Source of the DNA: Patescibacteria group bacterium
GTDB taxonomy: Bacteria > Patescibacteriota > UBA1384 > XYA2-FULL-43-10 > 1-14-0-10-43-13
Direction: 5' to 3'
Length of the DNA stretch: 64,000 nt
NCBI GenBank assembly: GCA_041649155.1
Contig: JBAZNP010000001.1
Coordinates: forward strand, 3,581-67,580
Position numbers and translations under genes: made by a program. A model generated the notes under the pieces. It did not search any database. It was not told the origin of the DNA and saw only the letters and a program-made list of their open reading frames with translations. Positions 8,950-18,829 of this stretch are shown in pieces (within the stretch, counting starts at the first letter, position 1; each line of letters starts with the position of its first letter).

Positions 8950-9057
8950 CATCCGGTATGGGCTATTTTATCCCGAAGGCACAGCTGAGGGATCTCAATT
9001 AAGATCAATTGAACTAGATATTAAAAAATCCGAGAAAAATCTCGGATTTTTTAATTT

Positions 9058-9128
9058 GTCATCCCCGCGAAGACGGAGATCCACAAAAGAAAATACTATC
9101 AGTAGATTCCCGCCTTCGCGGGAATGAC
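9058..9128. repeat. MITE-like element, family D (gtcatccccgcgaag...cttcgcgggaatgac), with terminal inverted repeats
   Basis: Related copies at 10676-10733 and 39063-39170 share the agacgg(a/g)gatccac and agtagattccc segments. Confidence 0.75.
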
Positions 9129-9137
9129 AGTGATTGA

Positions 9138-9539
9138 TTATGTTTTTTTGTATATGCTTGACTTAATCATATCTCGAGCAAATATCAAACAACCAGTCAT
9201 TATTAAAATATCTGCCAGATTGAAGGATGGATATTGAAGGATTGAGATATAATCCACACTACCACCATAAATCAATCGATCGACAATGTTTGATATCGAA
9301 CCAGCAGTAATTAGTATAAATGAATTAGTTGAAATTATTTGTTTATTTTCTAAAATTATTATTGAAAATAATATTATTACCGAAAAGAATATCGATAATA
9401 AATTATTTCCGAACAAACCAAATATAAAGCCGCTATTAATGTTGACTTCAAAATATTTCTGTACTAAAAATGATATTGCCTGAAAAACCAAAATTAATGC
9501 AGCAATTATCATATAGATTTTATTTGATATCTTTCTCAA
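9138..9539 (-). CDS. lspA: Lipoprotein signal peptidase (signal peptidase II)
   Basis: Four TM segments plus NIVDRLIYGGSVDYISI and PSFNLADI, which correspond to the conserved LspA blocks. Confidence 0.65.
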   Translation of the reverse strand: MRKISNKIYMIIAALILVFQAISFLVQKYFEVNINSGFIFGLFGNNLLSIFFSVIILFSIIILENKQIISTNSFILITAGSISNIVDRLIYGGSVDYISILQYPSFNLADILIMTGCLIFARDMIKSSIYKKT

Positions 9540-9550
9540 GAAAAAAACTA

Positions 9551-9895
9551 TTATCTTCTTTTCCTTTTAGCATTTCCATTGCAGGAAACACAAAGCTCTG
9601 CATAAGGCATTATCTCAAGGCGTCCATTTTCAATGTTGGACTTACATTTGGCGCACTGACCATACGTTCCATCGTCAATCGCCTTCAAGGCCTTGTTTAT
9701 TTTCTTAAGCAAAAACTCCAGCTGATCATCGAGCGAAAGATTGCTTTCATAATCTGCTAACTCCTGAATATTGTCCTCTTCATCAGACCCATAATCAGGA
9801 TATTCTTTTATTTTTTTTATTTTTTCTTCAATTCTGGCTTTTTCTTTGAGCATCAACTCTTTTTGTTTTTCCAGAAAATTAACTGATAATTTCAT
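9551..9895 (-). CDS. DksA/TraR-family C4 zinc-finger protein
   Basis: A coiled-coil N-terminus followed by CAKC...(17)...CVSC, in the usual position upstream of lspA. Confidence 0.65.
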   Translation of the reverse strand: MKLSVNFLEKQKELMLKEKARIEEKIKKIKEYPDYGSDEEDNIQELADYESNLSLDDQLEFLLKKINKALKAIDDGTYGQCAKCKSNIENGRLEIMPYAELCVSCNGNAKRKRR

Positions 9896-10631
9896 AGTCT
9901 TCTCCTTTTGTTCGCGATTTTAGTAATAATAATATTATCGTTATCAATGCAGCCAAGAATATAACCAGACTGAAGAACTGACCAAATGATAATTTCCATA
10001 AAATTGCTTCTTCATTTCTCCAGAAATCAATAATAAATCTACCTCCTGAATAAAGCAATAGCGTTAGAAAAAATACTAATCCTGGAAAAACTTTTTTCTT
10101 TTTCAGAGCCACAATTAATGCAATGGCAAAAACCAAAAGGCACAAGAAAGCCTCATAAAGCGGAGTTGGCAAGCCATTTCTGAATGAGCTCAAACCAGTA
10201 AAATTTGCTGCGTTATAGTAGTCGCCGGATATTATGTCTCCTATTCTGGCGCAAAATATTCCCACAGGAAGTCCAACAGCTAACGCATCAAACCATTTTA
10301 AAACCGGTTGTTTTTGAATTTTTAGAAAGATCAAAACTGTTAATCCACCCAAAACAAACCCACCATAAGAAACCAGTCCACCCTCCCAAAGAAGAATCAG
10401 CTGAGACAGACTATTAAACTGTTCGGGATATAGTATAAAATATGTAATTCTGGCGCCCACTATTCCAAATAAAACCGTGTAGAGAATATTGTTAAAAAGA
10501 AAATCTCCATCCAGATCTTCTTTTTTAGAAATTAAATATGCTATCAGGGCCGCGAAAACAATGCCCAAGACCATTAGAACCCCGTGCGAATAAAAACTTA
10601 GATTTCCTATTTTAAATAAGATCGGATACAT
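9879..10631 (-). CDS. lgt: Prolipoprotein diacylglyceryl transferase
   Basis: MYPILFKIGNLSFYSHGVLMVLG... N-terminus, GARITYFILYPE and GGLVSYGGFVLG blocks, and a polytopic membrane topology. Confidence 0.75.
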   Translation of the reverse strand: MYPILFKIGNLSFYSHGVLMVLGIVFAALIAYLISKKEDLDGDFLFNNILYTVLFGIVGARITYFILYPEQFNSLSQLILLWEGGLVSYGGFVLGGLTVLIFLKIQKQPVLKWFDALAVGLPVGIFCARIGDIISGDYYNAANFTGLSSFRNGLPTPLYEAFLCLLVFAIALIVALKKKKVFPGLVFFLTLLLYSGGRFIIDFWRNEEAILWKLSFGQFFSLVIFLAALITIILLLLKSRTKGEDYEIIS

Positions 10632-10675
10632 TTTGTTTTCTTTTAAGAATAATATTTAGGATTTATGCATTTGAT

Positions 10676-10733
10676 GTCATCTCCGTGTAGACGGGGATCC
10701 ACTAATAGTAGATTCCCTTCTTCAAGGGAATGA
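10676..10733. repeat. MITE-like element, family D copy
   Basis: gtcatctccgtgtagacggggatccactaatagtagattcccttcttcaagggaatgac. Confidence 0.75.
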
Positions 10734-10866
10734 CAGTGGATGACTTGCAATTTGTAATTATCATCAGAGAGAATCGTTAATCTATCCCTAAATATTATAG
10801 CCTGTTATTGACCAATGTTGTCAAGGATTGCTAAAATATATTAAGAAGAAGTAAAAAAAGGATCAA

Positions 10867-11562
10867 ATGGCTGATAAGTTTAAAGACGACGACAAATTAA
10901 ATACTAATTCAGAAGAATTAAACAACTTTGAAGCCGAAGATAATCCGGCTAAAGATTTTATGTACTTTATCTTTGATCTATTGAAAACCGGTTTGATAGT
11001 ATTTATCATTGCCTTTTCTTTAAGATACTTCGCAATTCAGCCATTCATTGTTGACGGTGAATCTATGATGCCAAATTTCGTTAATAACGAGTACATTTTA
11101 GCTGAAAAAGTTTCATATCTAACAGGAGAACCCAAAAGAGGTGATGTTGTGGTTTTCCGCTATCCAGGCAATCCCAATGTTAGCTACATTAAAAGAATAA
11201 TTGGACTTCCTGGTGAAACTGTTACGATTGCCAATGACTCAGTCAAGATCATCAACAAAGACAATCCCACAGGGGTAACTCTTGACGAGAAATACATACC
11301 CAAAACCACTCTGACTCTTGCAACGGATGCAGAAAACGGAACTCTTCAAAAAACGCTTGGCGATGATGAGTACTTTGTAATGGGAGATAACCGCCAACAC
11401 TCTTCCGATTCAAGAGAATGGGGTGTGCTTCCCAAAGCAAATATTATAGGACGAACATGGCTAACGATTCTGCCGTTTGATAAATTCGGCGTTCAAAAAA
11501 GAGTAAGTTACGCCTATTTACCTTTGAGATTTTTTGCGTCTCTGATTTCTTCCAACCGATAG
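10867..11562 (+). CDS. lepB: Signal peptidase I (S26 family)
   Basis: DGESMMPNF (Ser box), IKRIIGLPGETV, and GDNRQHSSDSREWG (GDNR box). The 3' end overlaps der convergently by 45 nt. Confidence 0.85.
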   Translation: MADKFKDDDKLNTNSEELNNFEAEDNPAKDFMYFIFDLLKTGLIVFIIAFSLRYFAIQPFIVDGESMMPNFVNNEYILAEKVSYLTGEPKRGDVVVFRYPGNPNVSYIKRIIGLPGETVTIANDSVKIINKDNPTGVTLDEKYIPKTTLTLATDAENGTLQKTLGDDEYFVMGDNRQHSSDSREWGVLPKANIIGRTWLTILPFDKFGVQKRVSYAYLPLRFFASLISSNR

Positions 11563-12864
11563 TAAATCTATAAATATTGGTGCGCCTTCCAGAGGGAAAA
11601 CGTCCCTGATTTTGTTCTCTAGATATCTTATTTGCGTATAATGAGGTTTTTCTCTTGTATATTTCAATTCAAATGTCGGAGTATTTCCTCTTTTCTGAGT
11701 TAGTGACTTGGCATTTTGTAATTGAAAATTTGATTCCTTGGCAAAATCAAGAATTTTATCCAAATCTTCCTGATTTATTTTTGTTTTTCGGTTCTTGCTT
11801 ACTTTGACGACCTGATTTAAAAGCGATTTTACATTTTCTCCATTTTGCGCCGAAGTAAAAACAACCGGAATCCATGGAACAAAGTTTAATTTATATTGGA
11901 GATCACCCAAGACTTCTGCCATAAATTCTTTAGCATCTTTTTTAATTAGATCAATTTTATTAACAACTAAAACTAATCCTTTTCCGTACTCCTTAGCCTG
12001 ACCAAGTATGTGAGTATCGCCGGCGACAAGACCTTCTTCAGCATCAATCAGGAGCACTACAACATCGGAATTTTGAATAGCTCGGTTTGTTCTTAAAGCA
12101 CTAAAACTTTCAATTGTGTCTTTTACGATTTTACCCCTTCTTCGCAGGCCAGCTGTATCAAAAATTCTGATCTTTTCATCTTTATGACTAAAAACAACAT
12201 CCACAACATCTCTAGTGGTACCTGCTTCAGCGGAAGCTACCACCCTTTTTTCGCCAAGAATTGTATTTAGCAAAGTTGATTTACCTACATTTGGACGACC
12301 GATAATGGCTAGATTAACTATGTCGTCATTTTTTTGTTCAGGTATATTTTGATCACTTTTTCCGAGCTCATTTACTATCTCTTCAAGCAAATCACCTGTA
12401 TTTTTACCTGAGATAGCCGAGATAGGAATTACTTTAAAATCTCCAAATCTTTTGAATTCGTCTACGGCCTGTATTCTTTCGATATTATCAGCCTTATTTA
12501 CCGCTACAATGGCTTTTTTATCGATCTTACGCAGCTTTCTGGCTATTTGCTTGTCTGTTTCATTATCTTTATCAGCCCAGTCAACCATGAAGACGAGAAG
12601 GTCGGCACTTTCGATAGCTAATTCAACCCCTTCCTGAATATTTTTGCCGATTTCTGACTTGGCTCCGACTTCAATTCCGGCGACATCAACTAAATTAAAC
12701 TTTTCTCCCTGCCAAAGTACCTCGCCATAAAGACGATCTCTGGTTGTGCCAGCGACAGATGTTTCAATTGCTTCTCTTTTACCAATAAAACGATTAAAAA
12801 GAGTGGACTTGCCCACATTCGGCCGCCCAATAAGCGCAACAGTTTTTAAGTCTAATGTTTCCAT
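11518..12864 (-). CDS. der: Ribosome-associated GTPase Der/EngA
   Basis: Two GTPase domains ([12 protein letters not shown] and [12 protein letters not shown]) and a C-terminal KH-like domain. Confidence 0.9.
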   Translation of the reverse strand: METLDLKTVALIGRPNVGKSTLFNRFIGKREAIETSVAGTTRDRLYGEVLWQGEKFNLVDVAGIEVGAKSEIGKNIQEGVELAIESADLLVFMVDWADKDNETDKQIARKLRKIDKKAIVAVNKADNIERIQAVDEFKRFGDFKVIPISAISGKNTGDLLEEIVNELGKSDQNIPEQKNDDIVNLAIIGRPNVGKSTLLNTILGEKRVVASAEAGTTRDVVDVVFSHKDEKIRIFDTAGLRRRGKIVKDTIESFSALRTNRAIQNSDVVVLLIDAEEGLVAGDTHILGQAKEYGKGLVLVVNKIDLIKKDAKEFMAEVLGDLQYKLNFVPWIPVVFTSAQNGENVKSLLNQVVKVSKNRKTKINQEDLDKILDFAKESNFQLQNAKSLTQKRGNTPTFELKYTREKPHYTQIRYLENKIRDVFPLEGAPIFIDLLSVGRNQRRKKSQR

Positions 12865-12972
12865 GATGCTCTATCATAACATTTTTTAGTTCAATAAGCA
12901 ATGATCGAACACGGATTGCTACCTTGATATTTGATGCTTGATACTTGATACCAAATACTAGATACTACAATT

Positions 12973-15030
12973 ATGATTGCTGAAGTTATTCCAGAAAAAA
13001 GGACCGGTCCGGACAAGGATACTTTTTCATACCTTGTGCCTAACGAAATGCAAAGCCAAATCCAAATCGGCTTTATTGTTGATATTCCCTTTGGGAAAAA
13101 GAATATTAGGGGAGTGATAGCAAGTACACGGGATACAGACAACAGAATACAGATTGATTATGCATTAAAGAAAGTTCAGTCTATTAATTCAGAATTTGTG
13201 ATGCCGGAAAGCTATATTTCAATTGCTAAATGGATCTCAGAATATTATCTATGCTCTTTGGGCGAAGCAATTTCCCTATTTTTGCCACCGGCAATCTCGC
13301 ATTCACGAAAACAAGCATCAAGTATTAAGCATCAAGTATTAAGCAAAAGCATTCAGTTAACGAATGATCAGGAACAAATTTTTCAAAAACTTCTCCATAA
13401 ATTATCAACCATTAACCATAAACCTAGTTTAATTCATGGCGTTACCGGCAGCGGCAAAACCGAGATTTACTTGAAATTGGCTGCTGAAGCATTAAAAAAA
13501 GAAAAACAAGTTATTGTGCTTGTACCAGAAATAATGCTAACGCCCCAAACTATAGAAAAATTTGAAGAGATTTTTCCGGATCAAATTTGCCTAATGCATT
13601 CTAGACTTTCAAAGTCGCAACGTTATGCAACTTATAAACAATTTTATAGTGGTGAAAAACCAATAATAATCGGTCCCCGTTCTGCCTTGTTGGTGCCAAG
13701 TGAAAATATTGGATTAATAATAATTGATGAAGAACAGGAAGATGCTTACAAGCAGGAAAAAGATCCTCGCTATCATGCAGTTGATTTGGCTGAAAAAATC
13801 TCAGAAAAATTAAACGCTTTGCTTGTTTTAGGAACTGCCACACCAAGAGTTGAGACATACCACAAGGCTGTTAATTCCTCCCCTTTAGAAGGGGAGGCTA
13901 GGTGGGGTGGAGGTGAATTCAAACAGAATAGCAGCCTCACCCATCCTCTCCTTACTAAGGAGAGGAGCCATTATGACCTTTTTGAGCTCAATTCCCGATA
14001 TCAAAAATTAATCCTGCCACCCTCAACAGTGGTTGATTTGAAATATGAGATAAAACAGGATAATTTTTCACCAATTTCGCTGGAATTGCAAAAAAACATA
14101 GCTAGAGTGCTCAAGGACAAGCGTCACGCCATCTTGTTCCTAAACCGCCGCGGCATGGCTACTTTTGTATCATGTCGCGAATGCGGGGAAGTAATTAATT
14201 GCCCGCATTGTAACATTCCAATGGTTTATCATATAAATTATGACAAACATATTTTAAACTGCCATCATTGCGATTACAAAACTCCAGTACCGGCTATTTG
14301 CCCCGTCTGCAAAAGTCCAAAAATAAAATTTTTCGGTGCCGGTGTGGATAAAATTGAGAATGAAATTAAAAGGCTATTTCCAAAAGCCAGAATTAGAAAA
14401 ATCGATTCTAAAAGTCTGCAAAATAAAGATGAATATGTGAAATTGTATGAGGAATTAAAAAATGGCAAAATTGACATATTAATCGGGACTCAAATACTGG
14501 CAAAGGGGCTTAATATCGGAACTGTGGATTTAGTCGGCGTAATTTCCGCCGATGTTGGACTTCATATGCCCCATTTTCGCGCAAATGAAAAAACTTTTTC
14601 TCTCCTAACTCAGGTTTCCGGTAGAAGCGGACGAAAAGAAAATTCGGGCATGACAGTTATTCAAACCTACTGGCCCGACTCCAGTTCAATCAAATTTGCA
14701 GCACAGCACAACTATAAAGATTTTTATAAAAGCGAAATTTTGGAACGGAAAAAATTCAACTATCCCCCATTTTGCCATTTAATCAGGGTTGTTTCAGAAG
14801 ATAAGAACAAACAAAAAGCTAAATCAGAATTGGAGAAAATCGCAAAAGAATTAGAACAAAACAAAATAGACTTCATCGGCCCCGGCCCATGTTTTTTAAA
14901 TAGAATTAACAATAAATTCAGATATCACATAATCATCAAGACTAACACTTTGCCCAATCCTAAAATCAGAGAAATATTTAGAACAAACCCATATCTGGTC
15001 TGGGATGTCGATCCAATTGATTTGCTCTAA
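12973..15030 (+). CDS. priA: Primosomal protein N' (PriA helicase)
   Basis: Walker [12 protein letters not shown], a DEEQE box, the CxxC...CxxC zinc-binding region (CRECGEVINCPHC...CHHCDY...CPVC), and a helicase C domain. Confidence 0.9.
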   Translation: MIAEVIPEKRTGPDKDTFSYLVPNEMQSQIQIGFIVDIPFGKKNIRGVIASTRDTDNRIQIDYALKKVQSINSEFVMPESYISIAKWISEYYLCSLGEAISLFLPPAISHSRKQASSIKHQVLSKSIQLTNDQEQIFQKLLHKLSTINHKPSLIHGVTGSGKTEIYLKLAAEALKKEKQVIVLVPEIMLTPQTIEKFEEIFPDQICLMHSRLSKSQRYATYKQFYSGEKPIIIGPRSALLVPSENIGLIIIDEEQEDAYKQEKDPRYHAVDLAEKISEKLNALLVLGTATPRVETYHKAVNSSPLEGEARWGGGEFKQNSSLTHPLLTKERSHYDLFELNSRYQKLILPPSTVVDLKYEIKQDNFSPISLELQKNIARVLKDKRHAILFLNRRGMATFVSCRECGEVINCPHCNIPMVYHINYDKHILNCHHCDYKTPVPAICPVCKSPKIKFFGAGVDKIENEIKRLFPKARIRKIDSKSLQNKDEYVKLYEELKNGKIDILIGTQILAKGLNIGTVDLVGVISADVGLHMPHFRANEKTFSLLTQVSGRSGRKENSGMTVIQTYWPDSSSIKFAAQHNYKDFYKSEILERKKFNYPPFCHLIRVVSEDKNKQKAKSELEKIAKELEQNKIDFIGPGPCFLNRINNKFRYHIIIKTNTLPNPKIREIFRTNPYLVWDVDPIDLL
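13877..13965 (+). repeat. In-frame palindromic insertion within priA (two hairpin modules)
   Basis: cctcccctttagaaggggagg ... cctctccttactaaggagagg encodes SPLEGEARWGGGEFKQNSSLTHPLLTKERS, which interrupts the conserved PriA helicase region. Confidence 0.7.
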
Positions 15031-15057
15031 GAATAAATAATTAGATATAATTAGATT

Positions 15058-16224
15058 ATGAATAAAGAACAGTTAACTATTTTAGTTACTGGCGGTGCTG
15101 GATATATCGGCAGTTTTACCGTCAAAGAGCTTCTAGACCAAAATTTTAATGTTGTAGTATTGGATTCACTTGAAAACGGGCACAGAGAAGCGGTTGATCC
15201 AAGGGCCAAATTTGAAATTGCTGATTTAGGCGACAAAAATGCAACTGCAATAGTTTTTGATAAATATAAAGTTGATGCAGTAGTTGATTTTGCTGCTTAT
15301 CTTGCTGTTGGCGAGTCAATGCAAGAGCCGGAAAAATATTTAAAGAATAACGTTGAAAATTTTATTAACCTTTTAGATGTAATGGTCGAAAAAGGATGCA
15401 ATCACATAATCAAATCCTCCACCGCCGCAGTTTACGGTAATCCACAAGATAAATCAGCAATTCCACTTAACGAAGAATACGTGAATAAATTCAAGCCAGA
15501 TAAATCTTCTTTGCTAACAGGACAATGGCAAGATTCCAAAATTGAAGGTGAACCGTTCCTGCGAGAAATTTTAAAATCATATAAAGATATGGTCAAACCC
15601 GACTTATATTTAAATGATGAGGAAATCACGCAACTTCGAATTCCAAGCAATGTTTATGGTGTTACCAAGATGCTTGACGAGATAATACTAAAAAAGTATA
15701 GTATAAAGTCACCAATTAAATTCGTCTCCTTGAGATATTTCAATGCGGCTGGAGCTAGTGATGATGGAAAAATTGGTGAAGACCACCCCATTGAGACACA
15801 TCTAATACCATTGGCGCTAAAAAATGTTTTAGATGGATCAGAGTTCAAGTTGATGGGCACGGATTATAAAACCAAAGACGGCACAGCAGTACGGGATTAC
15901 GTTCATGTAATTGATTTGGCAAAAGGACATTTTAAAGCCCTTTTATACTTGATGGAGAATAATCAAAACAGTATATTCAACCTTGGTAATGGTGACGGCT
16001 TTACAGTTAACGATGTTATTAAAACAATTGAAAATACAATAGACAAAAAGGTTAATTGCACTATTTGTCCACGTCGATCCGGAGATCCTGACGTTTTAGT
16101 AGCAAACAGTCGAAAAGCAAAGGAAGTATTGAATTGGTCACCGCAATATTCCCTGAAAAAAATAATTGAGACTGCATGGAAATGGCACCATGAAAATCCT
16201 AAAGGATTCTCTAAATTGCCCTAA
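15058..16224 (+). CDS. galE: NAD-dependent epimerase, UDP-glucose 4-epimerase-like
   Basis: VTGGAGYIGS Rossmann motif and the YGVTKMLDE (YxxxK) catalytic motif. There is a ~55 aa insertion between AAVYG and NVYG relative to canonical GalE. Confidence 0.75.
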   Translation: MNKEQLTILVTGGAGYIGSFTVKELLDQNFNVVVLDSLENGHREAVDPRAKFEIADLGDKNATAIVFDKYKVDAVVDFAAYLAVGESMQEPEKYLKNNVENFINLLDVMVEKGCNHIIKSSTAAVYGNPQDKSAIPLNEEYVNKFKPDKSSLLTGQWQDSKIEGEPFLREILKSYKDMVKPDLYLNDEEITQLRIPSNVYGVTKMLDEIILKKYSIKSPIKFVSLRYFNAAGASDDGKIGEDHPIETHLIPLALKNVLDGSEFKLMGTDYKTKDGTAVRDYVHVIDLAKGHFKALLYLMENNQNSIFNLGNGDGFTVNDVIKTIENTIDKKVNCTICPRRSGDPDVLVANSRKAKEVLNWSPQYSLKKIIETAWKWHHENPKGFSKLP

Positions 16225-16300
16225 ATTCTAATTAACCTAAATAAATCCCAATAATAAAACCCCAATTTTAAAATAATCTGACAACTTACAACTAGAAAAA

Positions 16301-17638
16301 ATGATTTTAAAGATAAAAAAAACTAACGATCCAATATTGAGAGAGCCAGTTGAAAAAGTGGTTGATTTTGGTTTTGAATTTCAAAAGTTCATTGATGACA
16401 TGGTTGAGACAATGCACAAAAAAAACGGAGTTGGCTTAGCCGCCCCTCAGGTTGGAGAATCAAAAAACGTTTTCATATGCGGATTCGAAGGCGATAAAGA
16501 TAATGAAGACGAGAGAAAAATCAGTTTTCCATTAACCGTAATTTGCAACCCCAAGATAACCAATTTCAGCTCAAAAAAATGCAAAATGGTAGAAGGATGC
16601 CTTTCTTTCCCGGGAATGGAGTTAATAATCAACCGGCCGGAAGCAGTTACAATTCAGGGGCAAGATCGATATGGAAAGAATATTGAAATTAAAGCCGACG
16701 GTTTGTATGCAAGAGCGATACAGCATGAATATGACCATTTAAATTCAACTCTTTTAATTGACCGGTTGGAAGAAATTAAAATTATATTTATCGGCACAGG
16801 TACGCTTGGTGCCAAATCGCTTGAATTATTAGCAAAAGATCCTCAATATAAAATTTTGGCTGTTATAACAGGAAGCGAGAAAAAAGTTATAAGCCGAAAT
16901 AAAAGTGAAAAGAAAAATGTTATTCTTGAAATCGCTAAAAATAATAAGTTGAATGCAATAGTTACAGATAATATTAAAAATCCCGAAACTATAGAAAAAA
17001 TTAAGAAACTAAAGCCGGAATTAGGTGTGATGGCTGATTTTGGTCAGATTATCCCAAGAGAAGTTTTAGATATTCCCGAACACGGAGTCATCAACATTCA
17101 CCCATCACTTTTGCCAAAACATCGCGGCTCCTCCCCAATTCAACAAACAATTCTGGACGGCGACAAATTTACCGGCGTTTCGCTTATTCTGACATCGGAA
17201 AAAATGGATGCCGGCGACATTATTTCACAAACAAAAGTCGAATTATCAGGTGCTGAAACTAGCGGCATATTGAAAGACTATCTATCACAAATCGGCGCTT
17301 CCATGCTATTAAATTCAATTCCATACTACATGACAGGCGATTTAAAACCATTTCCCCAAAAAGAGGAAAAAGCAACTTATACAAAAATGATAAAGCCGGA
17401 AGACGGATATGTTGACGCCCAGACCAAAGCTGCAGTAGTAGAAAGAAAAGTCCGAGCCTTTGATCAATGGCCAAAAGTTTACACAAAAATCAAAAATAAA
17501 AGAGTGCAGATTACTTCATCTCATTTTGAAGAAGACGGCGTGTTTGTAATTGACAGGGTTAAGCCAGAAGGCAAAAAGGAGATGAATTATTCGGATTTTC
17601 AGAATGGTTACAAAACCGAGTTGACTTTTGACGCATAG
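16301..17638 (+). CDS. def-fmt: Bifunctional peptide deformylase / methionyl-tRNA formyltransferase (Def-Fmt fusion)
   Basis: Def motifs GVGLAAPQVG, EGCLSFPG and QHEYDHL are followed in one ORF by Fmt motifs IIFIGTGTLGAKSLELL and HPSLLPKHRGSSPIQ. Confidence 0.85.
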   Translation: MILKIKKTNDPILREPVEKVVDFGFEFQKFIDDMVETMHKKNGVGLAAPQVGESKNVFICGFEGDKDNEDERKISFPLTVICNPKITNFSSKKCKMVEGCLSFPGMELIINRPEAVTIQGQDRYGKNIEIKADGLYARAIQHEYDHLNSTLLIDRLEEIKIIFIGTGTLGAKSLELLAKDPQYKILAVITGSEKKVISRNKSEKKNVILEIAKNNKLNAIVTDNIKNPETIEKIKKLKPELGVMADFGQIIPREVLDIPEHGVINIHPSLLPKHRGSSPIQQTILDGDKFTGVSLILTSEKMDAGDIISQTKVELSGAETSGILKDYLSQIGASMLLNSIPYYMTGDLKPFPQKEEKATYTKMIKPEDGYVDAQTKAAVVERKVRAFDQWPKVYTKIKNKRVQITSSHFEEDGVFVIDRVKPEGKKEMNYSDFQNGYKTELTFDA

Positions 17639-17639
17639 C

Positions 17640-17681
17640 GTCATCCTGAGCGAAGCCGATAATCGGCTGAGTCGAAGGATC
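17640..17681 (+). repeat. Palindromic element, family B (gtcatcctgagcgaagccgataatcggctgagtcgaaggatc)
   Basis: Starts immediately after the def-fmt stop. Related partial copies at 28905-28927 and 29396-29420. Confidence 0.7.
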
Positions 17682-17698
17682 TTTTCCTAAAATTGCGG

Positions 17699-17727
17699 TT
17701 GACATGTGGGATAAAATTTGTTATTTT
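17699..17727 (+). promoter_or_regulatory. Promoter for rpsP (TTGACA, 17 nt, extended -10 TGtTATTTT)
   Basis: ttgaca at 17699-17704 and tatttt at 17722-17727, preceded by tgt. A ggag RBS sits before the ATG at 17768. Confidence 0.55.
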
Positions 17728-17767
17728 AATGGTGATATTTTGATAATCAGAAAGTCGTAGGAGTTAC

Positions 17768-18235
17768 ATGCTTAGAATTAGATTGACCCGAGTTGGTAAG
17801 AAAAACAGTCCGGCCTATCGTGTAGTTATAGCCGATAGCAAGAGAGCTGTTAAAAGAAAATTTATTGAAATTATAGGTCACTATAATCCAACCCTAAATC
17901 CAAAGGAAATCGTTATTGATAAAGAACGAGCTCTTTTCTGGATTGGAAATGGCGCACAGCCTTCTGACACTGTAAATAATTTAATGTGCGATTTAGGCAT
18001 ATTAAATAAAAAAGATAAGGTTAACAAGGTATTTGGCAAAAAGTTTTCGAAGAAAGACATCAAAGAAGGCAAAGACAAAGAACCTGAAACACCTGCAGCA
18101 GTAGAAGAGAAAACTGAGACAAAAGAAGTCGAAGAAGCACCTGTGGAAACAGTTGAAGAAGTAACTGCAGAAGAAGAAACACCTGAAAAAGAAGAGGCAG
18201 CTGAAGCTACCGCTGAAGAAGCAAAATCAGAGTAA
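17768..18235 (+). CDS. rpsP: 30S ribosomal protein S16 with an acidic, K/E-rich C-terminal extension
   Basis: MLRIRLTRVGKKNSPAYRVVIADSKRAVKRKFIEIIGHYNP... Confidence 0.9.
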   Translation: MLRIRLTRVGKKNSPAYRVVIADSKRAVKRKFIEIIGHYNPTLNPKEIVIDKERALFWIGNGAQPSDTVNNLMCDLGILNKKDKVNKVFGKKFSKKDIKEGKDKEPETPAAVEEKTETKEVEEAPVETVEEVTAEEETPEKEEAAEATAEEAKSE

Positions 18236-18302
18236 ATTTATCCAATTTGGTAATTAATATTTTCTCAAGACCATAAACGGTATTGAGAGAAAGGAAAGAA
18301 AA

Positions 18303-18656
18303 ATGGAAAAAGACCAGAAATTCGTAGAAGACGTAGTTAAGGCAATCGTCGACATGCCAGAAAAAGTTACAACCGAAAGAACAATCGACGAAATGGGAGT
18401 ATTAATCAAACTAACAGTTGACCCATCAGATATGGGTAAAGTTATCGGCAAAGACGGTAAAACTGCAAAATCAATCCGAACTTTACTTAGAGTATTGGGA
18501 GCAAAAAATAACGCTAGAGTAAACTTAAAGATTGTTGAGCCAGAAGGAAGCGAACGACCACAGAGCAGACACACAGAAGAAGAAGTAGCAGAAGAAAAAG
18601 AGGAAGTTAAGGAAAACGAAGCTCTTTCAGATGTTCCAAACGACGTGCTTGCATAA
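18303..18656 (+). CDS. KH-domain RNA-binding protein (YlqC/UPF0109-like)
   Basis: KLTVDPSDMGKVIGKDGKTAKSIRTLL is a KH GxxG motif. It sits between rpsP and trmD. Confidence 0.75.
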   Translation: MEKDQKFVEDVVKAIVDMPEKVTTERTIDEMGVLIKLTVDPSDMGKVIGKDGKTAKSIRTLLRVLGAKNNARVNLKIVEPEGSERPQSRHTEEEVAEEKEEVKENEALSDVPNDVLA

Positions 18657-18755
18657 TCAAACAACTAAATATTATAAAAGAGTCGCCACAACTCACAAAA
18701 AAGAGTTTTTGGCGATTTTTTTAATACACCCTTTTAGCACATTGTAATTTAGTCA

Positions 18756-18800
18756 TTTGGAATTTGATTAGAAATTAGAAATTTGGAATTAGAAATTATT
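18756..18800 (+). repeat. Tandem tagaaat-type heptamer repeats upstream of trmD
   Basis: gattagaaattagaaatttggaattagaaatt. A similar attagaaattagaaatt occurs at 63552-63568 upstream of queH. Confidence 0.7.
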
Positions 18801-18829
18801 GAATGTAGAATACAAACAAAGGATAATTT

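Noticed and set aside
11518-11562. The 45 nt convergent overlap of lepB and der as a mis-assembly or frameshift
   Set aside because: Both proteins are full length with intact C-terminal regions. Convergent 3' overlaps of this size occur in compact genomes. It is noted but not judged anomalous.
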